The translations under genes and the position numbers were made by a program. Below are positions 33,804 to 42,340 of a stretch of 64,000 nt of DNA, piece after piece (positions within the stretch are counted from its first letter, which is position 1; each line of letters begins with the position of its first letter). The notes under the pieces were generated by a model. The model saw nothing but the letters and a program-made list of their open reading frames with translations, made no database searches and was not told where the DNA came from. This DNA is from Oscillospiraceae bacterium (lineage in GTDB: Bacteria > Bacillota > Clostridia > Oscillospirales > Oscillospiraceae), in assembly GCA_902793285.1 (NCBI GenBank), contig CADBCV010000009.1, positions 1,210 to 65,209 of the forward strand. The letters are read 5' to 3'.

Positions 33804-34352
33804 TCAGTCAAGATTCAGCCCGTCGTCGCAGATCAGGCCGTAGCCGCCCTGTTTGCGCTTGTAGACCACGGAGAAAGCCTCCTCCGCGTCCATATTCTTG
33901 AAGACGAAGAACTCATGGCCCAGAAGGTTCATCTGCAGGATGGCCTCTTCGGGCGACATGGGCTTGATGGAGAAGCGCTTGGAGCGGACGATCTGGAAGT
34001 CCTCCGCCTCCTCTTCGACGGGTTCATAGGCGGGCAGGATCTCCTTCTCGACGGCGCCCTCGCGCAGCTTCTTCTCGAGGCGGGTCTTGTTCCGGCGGAT
34101 CTGCCGTTCGATCGCGGCGACGCCGGAGTCGACGGAGGCATACATATCGTTGGTCAGTTCGCTTGCACGGTAGTAGATACCGTTGTTGTGGATGGTGATT
34201 TCAGCCTTGTGTCTGCCGCGCTCGATGCTGAAGGTGACAAAGGCCTCGCCCTCGTTCCGGAAGAACCTGTCGAGCTTGCCGATCTTTTTGATCGCATAGG
34301 CGCGCAGCTCCTCGGAGGAGTCCATCTTCTTCTCGGTGAAAGTGAACTTCAA
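33804..34352 (-). CDS. hpf: Ribosome hibernation promoting factor, long form
   Basis: YfiA/S30AE N-domain plus a C-terminal dimerisation domain (PEEAILQMNLLGHEFFVFKN...VVYKRKQGGYGLI). I prefer the TTG at 34352 (10 nt after AAAGGAG) over the ORF-track TTG at 34361. Confidence 0.85.
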   Translation of the reverse strand: MKFTFTEKKMDSSEELRAYAIKKIGKLDRFFRNEGEAFVTFSIERGRHKAEITIHNNGIYYRASELTNDMYASVDSGVAAIERQIRRNKTRLEKKLREGAVEKEILPAYEPVEEEAEDFQIVRSKRFSIKPMSPEEAILQMNLLGHEFFVFKNMDAEEAFSVVYKRKQGGYGLICDDGLNLD

Positions 34353-34519
34353 TTGTGACAACTCCTTTCGTTTAGGCCATCAAAAAACGTAAAGACCGTT
34401 TTCTGTTAAGTGGATTATACCACAAATTGAAGCAAAAAAGAAGAAAGATTTGTGCATTTTCCAACAATCGGTATTTTTGCCGATTTTCAGCAGGGCGTTT
34501 TGTACAGGTTACCAAAAAA

Positions 34520-36298
34520 TCAGTAGATCACATTGCACTCCGGCAGGGCCATGCAGAGGGCGTTGATGTCGTTGATGGTGAGGGGGTTTCCCGAGATGCG
34601 GAGCGTGCGCAGCGTGGTGAGACCCATGAGCGGCTGGAGGGAGCCGATCTGGTTATAGGACAGATCCAGCTCCTCGATATTCGTCAGCATGGACAGCGGC
34701 GTGATATCCGTGAGGGCGTTGTAGCTCAGGTTCAGGCTCGTGATCGAGTAGCGGCAGTCCGCGAAGACCAGGGGGTAGATGTTGCTGATCTGGTTCACGC
34801 TCAGATCCACGGTCTGGAGACTCCCCAACTGCTGCACGCCGCTGATGTCCGTGATGCCCTGCCCGATGATGCGCAGACTCGTCGCGTCGCCCGGCACCAT
34901 GTGGCCGTCAAAAAAGACATCCACCGAGAACGAGGAGTGCGAGATCTGGCAGCCGGGCAGGTAGCCCTTGAGGATCTCGACCGAGGGGCCCGTGAGCAGC
35001 GGATTATCCATGATGTTCAGGGTGCCGAGCGTCTGGAGGCTGTAGAGATAGGGCAGATCCCCGTCCTGGAGCCCCGTCTCATTGAGGCCGAGGGTCGAGA
35101 TGCTCCGGAGCCGTCTGAGGCCGGAGAAGTCGCGGATGGGGTTTCCGTCAAGGTAGAGGGTCGTAAGCCCCGTCATCATGGTGAGGGCCGAGGTGGAGCT
35201 CACGGCGTTATTGGAGGCGTTGAGAAAATACAGGGCCGAGATGCCCATGAGAGGCTTCAGGTCCACCACGTTGTTGGAGGAGATGTCCAGCCACTGGAGA
35301 TAGGGCAGGTTCATCAGCGGGCTCAGATCGCTGATCATATTGCCGCTGAGATTGAGCCTTGTGATGTACTGGCAGCTTGAGAGGGCGGAGATATCCCAGA
35401 TGCCCATGTCGCTCAGATCCAGGTCCGTCACATCGGAGGAGAAGGTCATGCCGCCGAAGCTGATGTCCTGTATCTCCTGCTGGGCCTTCTCGCTGTGGAT
35501 GGCGCAGTTCGGCAGGGCGTGGGAGAGCTCCGTGAGCTGGGCCTCGGTGATGTCGATGCCCTTGATGCTCAGGCTCTTGAGATTGCCCAGGGCGTAGAGG
35601 GGGCTGAAGTCCCGGATGGGATTGTTGTCGAGATAGAGGTTGCGAAGGCTCGGCAGCGCGGCGAGGGGCGAGATGTCCATGATCTCGTTGTCGCTGAGAT
35701 TGAGATTCACAAGACCGCCGAGAGAGGACAGGCGCGAGATATTGCGCAGGGTGTTCCCCTTCATGGAGAGACTGTCAAGCCCGTAGAGCTGGGAGATCTC
35801 CAGAAGGGTGGAATCCCCGAGCTCCATGTTGTCCAGCACAAGGCGCGCGGTATTGACGGCGTACTCCTTGCCCGCGACATAGACGGTCTCGCTCGCCTCG
35901 CTGCTTTTGCGCAGGCTCTCCACCTGGGCAATCCGGGAGGCGACGGCGGGCTTGTTGAGATCCATCATGCGCAGCACTTCAAGCGTTTTGGTGTAATTTC
36001 CCTGCGTCTCATAGCAGTCCGCCATGAGGAGCAGGCACTCCTCCGTCTTCTCCACCGCGGACGCCTTGCGCAGCACCGCGAGGGCCCCGTCATAGTCCTT
36101 GTTGTAGAAAAGCCGCTGGGCCTGGTTCATGTAATCGTTGTAGCGGCGGTTGTCCGCGATGCTCATGAGCACCACGGCCATCGCCACCACAAACACGAGG
36201 GCGAGGACCGTACACAAAAAGATCGCGCGCTTTTTGTCCGGCCTTCGCCTCACGGCCGTGCCGCCTCGGGCATAGACCGTGTGTCTCGGCTCACTCAT
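34520..36298 (-). CDS. Membrane-anchored leucine-rich repeat (LRR) surface protein
   Basis: 592 aa with an N-terminal TM helix (IFLCTVLALVFVVAMAVVLM), a TPR-like segment, then many ~22-aa repeats of the LxxLxLxxNxIxDIxPL type. Confidence 0.8.
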   Translation of the reverse strand: MSEPRHTVYARGGTAVRRRPDKKRAIFLCTVLALVFVVAMAVVLMSIADNRRYNDYMNQAQRLFYNKDYDGALAVLRKASAVEKTEECLLLMADCYETQGNYTKTLEVLRMMDLNKPAVASRIAQVESLRKSSEASETVYVAGKEYAVNTARLVLDNMELGDSTLLEISQLYGLDSLSMKGNTLRNISRLSSLGGLVNLNLSDNEIMDISPLAALPSLRNLYLDNNPIRDFSPLYALGNLKSLSIKGIDITEAQLTELSHALPNCAIHSEKAQQEIQDISFGGMTFSSDVTDLDLSDMGIWDISALSSCQYITRLNLSGNMISDLSPLMNLPYLQWLDISSNNVVDLKPLMGISALYFLNASNNAVSSTSALTMMTGLTTLYLDGNPIRDFSGLRRLRSISTLGLNETGLQDGDLPYLYSLQTLGTLNIMDNPLLTGPSVEILKGYLPGCQISHSSFSVDVFFDGHMVPGDATSLRIIGQGITDISGVQQLGSLQTVDLSVNQISNIYPLVFADCRYSITSLNLSYNALTDITPLSMLTNIEELDLSYNQIGSLQPLMGLTTLRTLRISGNPLTINDINALCMALPECNVIY

Positions 36299-37058
36299 GC
36301 TCGCTCCCGTCGCCGCTCTCCGCGGAGGGCTCCCAGGGCTCCGGCTCCAGCGTCAGAGAGGGGGTATAGCTCTCGTCCCATTTGGCGCTCTCCGGCTCCT
36401 CCGCGGGTGCGGGAGACGGAGCAGGCGCGGGTGCAGGCGCAGGTGCGGGAGACGGAGCAGGCGCGGGCTGTGGCGCGGGCGTCTCGGTGTGAGAGGCCGG
36501 GGCCGGGCGCTTTTTCAGCCCCATGCCGATGCAGAAGAGCGCCGCCATAATGCCGAGGATGCTGATCTCCTGCATCCCGTCGAGGAAGGTCACGGGATTG
36601 ACCGTGTCGCTCAGGCGCGGGATATCCTCGATAATCAGATGATAGAGAAACGGGATGCCAAAGAGGGGGGGCAGCAGCCACTTGGTATGAATCCAGCCGA
36701 ACACCGTCGCGGTATAGACCACGGCGACCGTGAGATAGAGCAGGATGCAGAGCACCGTGTGGGTCCAGCTTGTGAAGCTGAGCGATTTATAGACGAAGAA
36801 CACAACGCCGAGCAGCACCGGGATCACGGACAGGAAAAAGCCCTTTTTCCCGAACAGCAGGATGCAGAGCCCCAGCATGATGCAGCAGCACACCGGCAGC
36901 AGCACCAGCATGATGAAGTTGACCCTGTCGTTCCAAAGGCCCCAGCAGCCGATGATGCGAAACGCGATCGTCTGCACGAGCAGGAGCATGGCGCTCTCCG
37001 CGAAGAAGCCTGTTTTATCCAGATAGAATTTTACTCTTCCGCTGTCCTTCATTCTCAT
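36291..37058 (-). CDS. Polytopic membrane protein with a Pro/Ala-rich acidic C-terminal tail
   Basis: I take the ATG at 37058 (MRMKDSG...). It has about 6 TM helices, and the tail reads PAPQPAPAPSPAPAPAPAPAPSPAPAEEPE. Its stop overlaps the LRR gene start. Confidence 0.65.
   Translation of the reverse strand: MRMKDSGRVKFYLDKTGFFAESAMLLLVQTIAFRIIGCWGLWNDRVNFIMLVLLPVCCCIMLGLCILLFGKKGFFLSVIPVLLGVVFFVYKSLSFTSWTHTVLCILLYLTVAVVYTATVFGWIHTKWLLPPLFGIPFLYHLIIEDIPRLSDTVNPVTFLDGMQEISILGIMAALFCIGMGLKKRPAPASHTETPAPQPAPAPSPAPAPAPAPAPSPAPAEEPESAKWDESYTPSLTLEPEPWEPSAESGDGSEHE
36407..36468. repeat. 26-bp exact direct repeat (period 36 bp) encoding the PA-rich tail
   Basis: GGTGCGGGAGACGGAGCAGGCGCGGG at 36407-36432 and again at 36443-36468. 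Confidence 0.85.
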
Positions 37059-37217
37059 TTCCGCCTTTCTGCAATGGAGTACGGGACAAATCCATAATAA
37101 CACAGTTTATAAATATAGCATATTATTCCCTGTTTCGCAAGTGCGGCGAGCCCCTTGCAATTGCCCGCGCGTTTGGCTATAATGAATCCATCAAACCATC
37201 AAAACGGAGTGCGGAAT

Positions 37218-37544
37218 ATGACGGATCATGTGAGCCGGTTTTTTGAAATCTACGATACGGACAGCGCCCTGCGGCGGCGCGTTGACGAAGCCGTCGCCTG
37301 CTACCCCGGGAGTCTTGAGATCCGCGAATCTCTCGTGGAGGCGGTGCTGCTGCCCATCGCGGCGGAGCTCGGCCTGCCCTTCACGCTGGAGGAGCTGCGC
37401 GCCTATGAGACAAGAAAGAAGCTCAGCCGCGTCAAGCCCGACACCCCCATCGAGGAGGGTGAGGAGGACGAGGACGCGGATTTTGAGGGCTACTGGCTGC
37501 TCGACCGCGGCTGGGAAAACGACACGTCCGTCTTCAAGCGTTAA
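37218..37544 (+). CDS. Nif11-like domain protein with an acidic C-terminus
   Basis: The ATG at 37218 is preceded by GGAG. The pattern RFFEIYDTDSALRRRVDEAV...LLPIAAELGLPFTLEELRAY resembles the Nif11 N-terminal domain. Its stop overlaps the convergent PrsW stop. Confidence 0.6.
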   Translation: MTDHVSRFFEIYDTDSALRRRVDEAVACYPGSLEIRESLVEAVLLPIAAELGLPFTLEELRAYETRKKLSRVKPDTPIEEGEEDEDADFEGYWLLDRGWENDTSVFKR

Positions 37545-38272
37545 CCCCAGAAGCCGAAGCGGTAGCTCTGGATATAGCTGTCGTTCGCGGAGACATGCTT
37601 CACAAGCCGCCAGGCCGTTATGAACATCAAAACGACGAAGACGAGGAAGACGAGGGTCATGACGCCGCCCGCGCTGCTCGCGGTGAAGTCGTAAAAACCG
37701 TGCAGGAGCGCCGGGATCAAAAGCGCGCGCACGCGCATCCGTTTGGAACCGGCCGGGTCGCCCGCGGCCTCGCGCCGCTTGGCCATGCCGTACCAGGCGC
37801 CCATGAAGACGCCGAAGCAGGCGTGGCCCGGGATGGCCGTCACGGCGCGGATGAGGGCCGCGGAGAGGCCCAGCATCGCGACATAGCCGATGTTCTCCCA
37901 GAGGGCAAAGCCGAGGGAGACGAACACGCCGTACACCACGCCGTCAAACTGGCAGTTGAATTCCGGGTTATTCCAGGTGCGCTTTTTGAGCAGCACGTAT
38001 TTCGCGCCCTCCTCCGAAAAGGCGACCACGATGAAATACAGCAGGAAATCATAAAGCCTGGTCTCTTCCGCGAATACCGTGTTCAAAACCGCGATGCCGA
38101 TCCTCTCGCCCAGGGCGGCGACGGCGGTGGACAGGACGCCGAAGAGGACGAGGGACGTGAGCAGCCCCCTGCTCTCCTTTTCGAGTCGGTCCGCCCGCTC
38201 CACCCGCACGAGCAGGAAAATCGCCGGGATGACCGCCGCCGCGATCAGGACGGGGTTTACGTTGAGATACAT
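37541..38272 (-). CDS. PrsW family intramembrane metalloprotease
   Basis: The ATG at 38272 (MYLNVNPVL...) follows GGGGGAG. Motifs FSEEGAKY and HGFYDF are present in a multi-TM protein. Confidence 0.8.
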   Translation of the reverse strand: MYLNVNPVLIAAAVIPAIFLLVRVERADRLEKESRGLLTSLVLFGVLSTAVAALGERIGIAVLNTVFAEETRLYDFLLYFIVVAFSEEGAKYVLLKKRTWNNPEFNCQFDGVVYGVFVSLGFALWENIGYVAMLGLSAALIRAVTAIPGHACFGVFMGAWYGMAKRREAAGDPAGSKRMRVRALLIPALLHGFYDFTASSAGGVMTLVFLVFVVLMFITAWRLVKHVSANDSYIQSYRFGFWG

Positions 38273-38384
38273 GTTTTTTCTCCCCCTCATCATTCCGCAG
38301 TTTTTTATAGTCAGTAATAGTATCTTGGGAACAGGATAGCATTTTATGCGCCGTAAATCAAGACAGGCGTCTTCGGTTTTCGCG

Positions 38385-38404
38385 TGCGATCTACGCAGAT
38401 CGCA
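38385..38404. promoter_or_regulatory. Palindrome upstream of the XRE-family gene (operator or leader hairpin candidate)
   Basis: TGCGATCT-acgc-AGATCGCA, 25 nt upstream of the ATG at 38430. Confidence 0.35.
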
Positions 38405-38429
38405 TCATAAAGAGAAGGAGGATACAGCC

Positions 38430-38912
38430 ATGGCAAACACTGTCGGCCCGCTCATCAAGGAGGCGCGCGGCAAGGCAAAGCTCAGCCAGGAGGCGCTCGC
38501 CGCCCAGATCGAGGGACTCAGCGCCGCGGATCTCAGCAAGGCCGAGCGCGGTGAAAAGGAGCTCTCCCAGTCCGTCCTGCGCCAGATCGCAAAGCTCACG
38601 GGCGTGACGCAGAGCTCGCTCATAAACGCCGCGAAGGAGAGCAGCTACGGCAGCGCCCCCGCGCAGAAGAAGACAAGCGCCGCGGCGAAGAAGACAGGCT
38701 CCGCGGCGAGCGCGAAGAAAACGGGCTCCGCCGCCAAGAAAGAGGAGCCTGCGCTCACAAGCGCCGAGAAAAAGCTCGTGGAGCTCTACCGCGCGGCAGA
38801 CGCCGAGACAAAGAAAAAGGCCGTCGCCGTGCTCAAGGGAGAGCAGACGGACGCCGGCGACATTCTCACCACGCTCCTCGGCAGCGCGATGGACATGTTC
38901 GGAAAGAAATAG
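38430..38912 (+). CDS. XRE-family HTH protein with a Lys/Ala-rich low-complexity middle
   Basis: The ATG at 38430 follows GAAGGAGG. The HTH reads IKEARGKAKLSQEALAAQIEGLSAADLSKAERGEKE, followed by the repeats AAKKTGSAASAKKTGSAAKK. Confidence 0.75.
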   Translation: MANTVGPLIKEARGKAKLSQEALAAQIEGLSAADLSKAERGEKELSQSVLRQIAKLTGVTQSSLINAAKESSYGSAPAQKKTSAAAKKTGSAASAKKTGSAAKKEEPALTSAEKKLVELYRAADAETKKKAVAVLKGEQTDAGDILTTLLGSAMDMFGKK

Positions 38913-38935
38913 GTACTCTGATAAAGCCCATTTTT

Positions 38936-39451
38936 TTATTCGGCCGCAAGGAGCGTGAACCTGCTGCCCCCGCATCTGCGGCAGCGGAGGCTCCGCCCCC
39001 GGCCGCGCAGCATGAGGTCCACCGCCTTGCCCCGGCGGATATAGCGGCTCTCCGCCCCGCAGGTCTCGCAGCGGATCACGTACTTTGCCCGCTGCCGGCG
39101 AAGCTGGGCCGCCCGTCCCTGCTCCGGGGCGAGGCGCTTCGGATTGCAGCCGACAAGCCTGCACATGTCGCGCCAGGCGCGGTCATGGCCGTGCTTCTCC
39201 CCGGGGTGCAGAAGATAGACCGCGGCGTGGGCGTATTCGTGGCGCACGGTGTCCCAGAACTGCTCGTCATCGTCCAGGATGAGGGCCGAGAGCGTGATGC
39301 GCAGGGGCCCCGCTCCCCGCGCGGGGGAACGGAAGGACCCGAGCTGCCGCACGGCGCGCTTGGAAATCCTGAGTTCGATCCGGGAGGTATCCACCCCGAC
39401 CAGGCGGTCCAGGCGGTCATATTCCCGGCGTACCTCCTCCAGCGTGTGCAT
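38936..39451 (-). CDS. SprT-like zinc metalloprotease domain protein
   Basis: 171 aa with the zinc motif HEYAHAAV and a C-terminal zinc ribbon (CETCG...CRRCG). Confidence 0.75.
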   Translation of the reverse strand: MHTLEEVRREYDRLDRLVGVDTSRIELRISKRAVRQLGSFRSPARGAGPLRITLSALILDDDEQFWDTVRHEYAHAAVYLLHPGEKHGHDRAWRDMCRLVGCNPKRLAPEQGRAAQLRRQRAKYVIRCETCGAESRYIRRGKAVDLMLRGRGRSLRCRRCGGSRFTLLAAE

Positions 39452-39454
39452 CCC

Positions 39455-40072
39455 TCACCCCTCCAGTCTGCAGGAGACGAGGGCCAGGGTCCCGCGCTGA
39501 AAAGAGATCTCCACATCGCTCACAAAGGCGTTGCTCTGCCCCAGGGTGGTCGGCCGCCGCAGCGTCACGTTCTCCGCCGCGTATTTCGCCCCGCGGACTG
39601 TGAGCCCCTCGACCGTCTCTGTCAGCGCGAGCAGCGAGAGGCTGCGCCCGGCGCGATACGGCAGGCGATAAAGGCCCGGGCGCAGGACGCGCAGGAGGGT
39701 ATCCTCATCCTCCGCCTCCGCCGCCATGCCGAGCGCCGCCGCGTATTCCAGCGTCTGCACATTGGACAGCAGATGGTCGAGCCGCCCCCCGAAGCAGCAC
39801 GCAAGGCGCACCGCCTCAAAGCCCTGCTCCGCCGCCCAGCGCACGGCGAGCATGGTGTCCGTGTCGTCCTTCTCCACGGGGTAGCGCAGGACCGGCACGT
39901 CCTCCGGCAGCGCCCCCCGGAAGGAATCGAAATCCCCCAGGACGAGATCCGGGGTGATCCCCTCCCGCAGGGCGTAGGCATAGCCCCGGTCGCAGGCGAG
40001 GACAAAGTCCCCCTCCCCCACCGGGCCGATGGGCGCATAGTCTCCGCCCGCTATGATGATACAGCGTTTCAT
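39455..40072 (-). CDS. Thiamine pyrophosphokinase
   Basis: 205 aa with IIAGGD, LGDFDS and EKDDTD, plus a C-terminal thiamine-binding beta domain. GGGAGGA RBS. Confidence 0.8.
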   Translation of the reverse strand: MKRCIIIAGGDYAPIGPVGEGDFVLACDRGYAYALREGITPDLVLGDFDSFRGALPEDVPVLRYPVEKDDTDTMLAVRWAAEQGFEAVRLACCFGGRLDHLLSNVQTLEYAAALGMAAEAEDEDTLLRVLRPGLYRLPYRAGRSLSLLALTETVEGLTVRGAKYAAENVTLRRPTTLGQSNAFVSDVEISFQRGTLALVSCRLEG

Positions 40073-40089
40073 GGTTTCCTCCCAAACGA

Positions 40090-40120
40090 TTTACTGTGAA
40101 AGCTCCGCTTACACAGTAAA
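40090..40120. promoter_or_regulatory. Second copy of the TTTACTGYG-N13-CACAGTAAA palindrome, just upstream of the thiamine pyrophosphokinase RBS
   Basis: TTTACTGTG (40090-40098), 13 nt, CACAGTAAA (40112-40120). It has the same half-sites and spacing as 18902-18932. Confidence 0.6.
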
Positions 40121-40392
40121 TATTTGATTCAAGTGCGTGATTCTCGCCCCTGACGGGGCAACCGAATCACATGCACATAAAAATCCCCATACGCGTGAGC
40201 TTTCATGCGTCGTGGTGCGATTTGCGGCGCATGGGGATTTAATCTGCTTAAACCCTATCACAGCGGCGGCGCTTTTGCAAGGGCCGGGCTTTTGTTCTTG
40301 TCTCGCGGACACCTGTTCTTTGTGCAATTTAACAGATTAAAGGTGTGAAGCGATTCACTTCCTCATCACTTCGCTGATTCTTGCAAAAAAAC

Positions 40393-40421
40393 TTGCGTTG
40401 GTTTTTCGGGGGTGTTATAGT
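40393..40421 (+). promoter_or_regulatory. Sigma-A promoter of the glycine-riboswitch leader
   Basis: TTGCGT at 40393-40398, a 17-nt spacer, and an extended -10 TGtTATAGT (TATAGT at 40416-40421). Confidence 0.6.
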
Positions 40422-40485
40422 ACGGGTATCAAAAGAATACCTCTGACGCCGTCAGGATCAGCGTGTGAGACCGACGGCTGAGGAA

Positions 40486-40585
40486 CTCTGGAGAAGCTCC
40501 GCGCACCGGCGCCCGTTCCGGTTTGCCTGCGGAGTGCCGAAGGTGCAAGGCCCATGGGTCGAATCTCTCAGGCAAAAGGACAGAG
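40486..40585 (+). promoter_or_regulatory. Glycine riboswitch aptamer (single aptamer)
   Basis: CUCUGGAGAA...GUGCCGAAGGUGCAA...AAUCUCUCAGGCAAAAGGACAGAG, with P1 CUCUG/CAGAG. It lies upstream of an alanine/glycine:cation symporter. Confidence 0.85.
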
Positions 40586-40617
40586 CGTTCAGCCCCCAGG
40601 GGCTTGGACGGTTTTTC

Positions 40618-40652
40618 CGGCGCCGCGGAGTGTGCAGCGCCGCTTTTCTTTT
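40618..40652 (+). terminator. Candidate expression-platform terminator of the glycine riboswitch
   Basis: CGGCGC-13 nt-GCGCCG followed by CTTTTCTTTT, 28 nt before the start codon. Confidence 0.45.
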
Positions 40653-40679
40653 CGGGCAACACATAAGGGAGGAATACAC

Positions 40680-42104
40680 ATGAATCTGAGCCAGTTCATT
40701 TCCACGATCGACGACATCGCATGGGGCCCTGTCATGCTGCTCCTGCTCGTCGGCACCGGTTTTTATCTCAGCTTCCGGATGGGCTTTTTACAGTTCAGCC
40801 GCATCCCCTACTGGTGGAAAAACACCGCCGGCAGGCTCTTTGACAAGCACCAGGCCGGCGCGGGTGAGGTTACGCCCTTCCAGGCGCTGACCACGGCGCT
40901 CGCCGCCACGGTCGGCACCGGCAACATCGCGGGCGTCACGGGCGCCATCTTCATCGGCGGCCCCGGCGCGGTGTTCTGGATGTGGGTCGCGGCCCTTGTG
41001 GGCATGATGACCAAGTACTCCGAGGTGCTGCTCGCCGTCCGATACCGCGAGCGCAACGCCAAGGGCGACTGGGTCGGCGGCCCGATGTACTACATCAAGA
41101 ACGGCCTCGGCCAGAACTGGGCCTGGCTCGGCAGCGTCTTTGCGGCCCTCGCGGCGCTCGCCGCCTTCGGCATCGGCAACGCCACCCAGGTGCAGTCCAT
41201 CGCGGACGCCGTCAACAACGCCATCGACAGCTTCACCCCCAACGCCGCCTCCACCTTCCGCTTCCTCGGCAGCGACGTGCGTGTGAGCACCTTCGTCATC
41301 GGCTGCATCGTGGCCTGCTTTGTGGCGCTCGTCGTGCTCGGCGGCATCAAGCGCATCGGCCAGGTCACGGAGAAGCTCGTCCCCTTCATGGCCGTTGTGT
41401 ACATCGTCTCGGCCCTCATCGTCATCTTCGCGAACATCGCCCACATCGGCAAGGTCTTTGCCCTGATCTTTGAGGGCGCCTTCAATCCCACCGCCGCGGT
41501 CGGCGGCGCGATCGGCATCACGATCATGACCAGCATGAAGAAGGGCGTCGGCCGCGGCTGCTTCTCCAACGAGGCCGGCCTTGGCTCCGCGCCCATCGCC
41601 CACGCGGCGACCTCCGAGACTGACCCCGTGAAGCAGGGTCTCTACGGCATCTTTGAGGTCTTCATGGACACCATCGTGATCTGCACGCTCACAAGTCTCA
41701 CGGTGCTCTCCGCCTACTGCGCCGGCGGCATCGACATCACCTGGGGCACGGGCGGCAACGGCTCCAACGTGGCGGCGGCCATGAGCAGCGTGCTCGGCAG
41801 CAAGCCCGGCGCGATCATCATCGCCGTGTGCCTGAGTCTCTTCGCCCTGTCCACGATCCTGAGCTGGTCCCTCTACGGCACCCGCTGCTGCGAGTACATC
41901 TTCGGCCACAAGTCCGTGCGCGTCTACCAGATCCTCTTCATCTGCTTCATCATCATCGGCGCGACCATGAGTCTGGCCGACGCCTGGAACCTCGCGGACG
42001 CCCTCAACGGCTTCATGGCGATCCCGAACCTGATCGCGCTGCTGGCCCTGTCCGGCGTGACCGTAAAGCTCACGAGAGAGCACATGAGCAAAAACGCGAA
42101 GTAA
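40680..42104 (+). CDS. Alanine/glycine:cation symporter (AGCS family)
   Basis: The ATG at 40680 (MNLSQFIST...) follows AAGGGAGG. Typical AGCS blocks are FQALTTALAATVGTGNIAGV, GGPGAVFWMW and FSNEAGLGSAPIAHAA. Confidence 0.9.
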   Translation: MNLSQFISTIDDIAWGPVMLLLLVGTGFYLSFRMGFLQFSRIPYWWKNTAGRLFDKHQAGAGEVTPFQALTTALAATVGTGNIAGVTGAIFIGGPGAVFWMWVAALVGMMTKYSEVLLAVRYRERNAKGDWVGGPMYYIKNGLGQNWAWLGSVFAALAALAAFGIGNATQVQSIADAVNNAIDSFTPNAASTFRFLGSDVRVSTFVIGCIVACFVALVVLGGIKRIGQVTEKLVPFMAVVYIVSALIVIFANIAHIGKVFALIFEGAFNPTAAVGGAIGITIMTSMKKGVGRGCFSNEAGLGSAPIAHAATSETDPVKQGLYGIFEVFMDTIVICTLTSLTVLSAYCAGGIDITWGTGGNGSNVAAAMSSVLGSKPGAIIIAVCLSLFALSTILSWSLYGTRCCEYIFGHKSVRVYQILFICFIIIGATMSLADAWNLADALNGFMAIPNLIALLALSGVTVKLTREHMSKNAK

Positions 42105-42182
42105 GCATTCCCCATCGGATACCGGTCTCCCATAGAACTGCGCGCCTCGCGTTTGAAAAGGGAGCGCGTTTCCGTCGCAAGC

Positions 42183-42218
42183 ATGAGAGCCTCTGTCACA
42201 GGGGCTCTCATATTTTTT
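42183..42218 (+). terminator. Rho-independent terminator after the symporter
   Basis: ATGAGAGCC-11 nt-GGCTCTCAT followed by ATTTTTT. Confidence 0.75.
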
Positions 42219-42340
42219 GGCAGGGCCGCCGCCTGGACCGGCCCCTGCGTTTTACAATCCGGCATTGATTTTCCGGGCGGTTTATGCTATTCTTCTCTCG
42301 CCCTAAAAATTTCATATTGGAGCCAAAGGAGAAAAACGCT

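Noticed and set aside
37218-37544. Nif11-like protein as a RiPP precursor.
   Set aside because: There is no Gly-Gly cleavage motif, no Cys/Ser/Thr-rich core (the tail is acidic), and no adjacent maturation enzyme or peptidase-domain ABC exporter. The convergent PrsW gene is not a known RiPP protease.
40073-40392. TPP riboswitch upstream of thiamine pyrophosphokinase.
   Set aside because: Neither strand shows the CUGAGA...ACCUGAUCUGGAUAAUGCCAGCG core.
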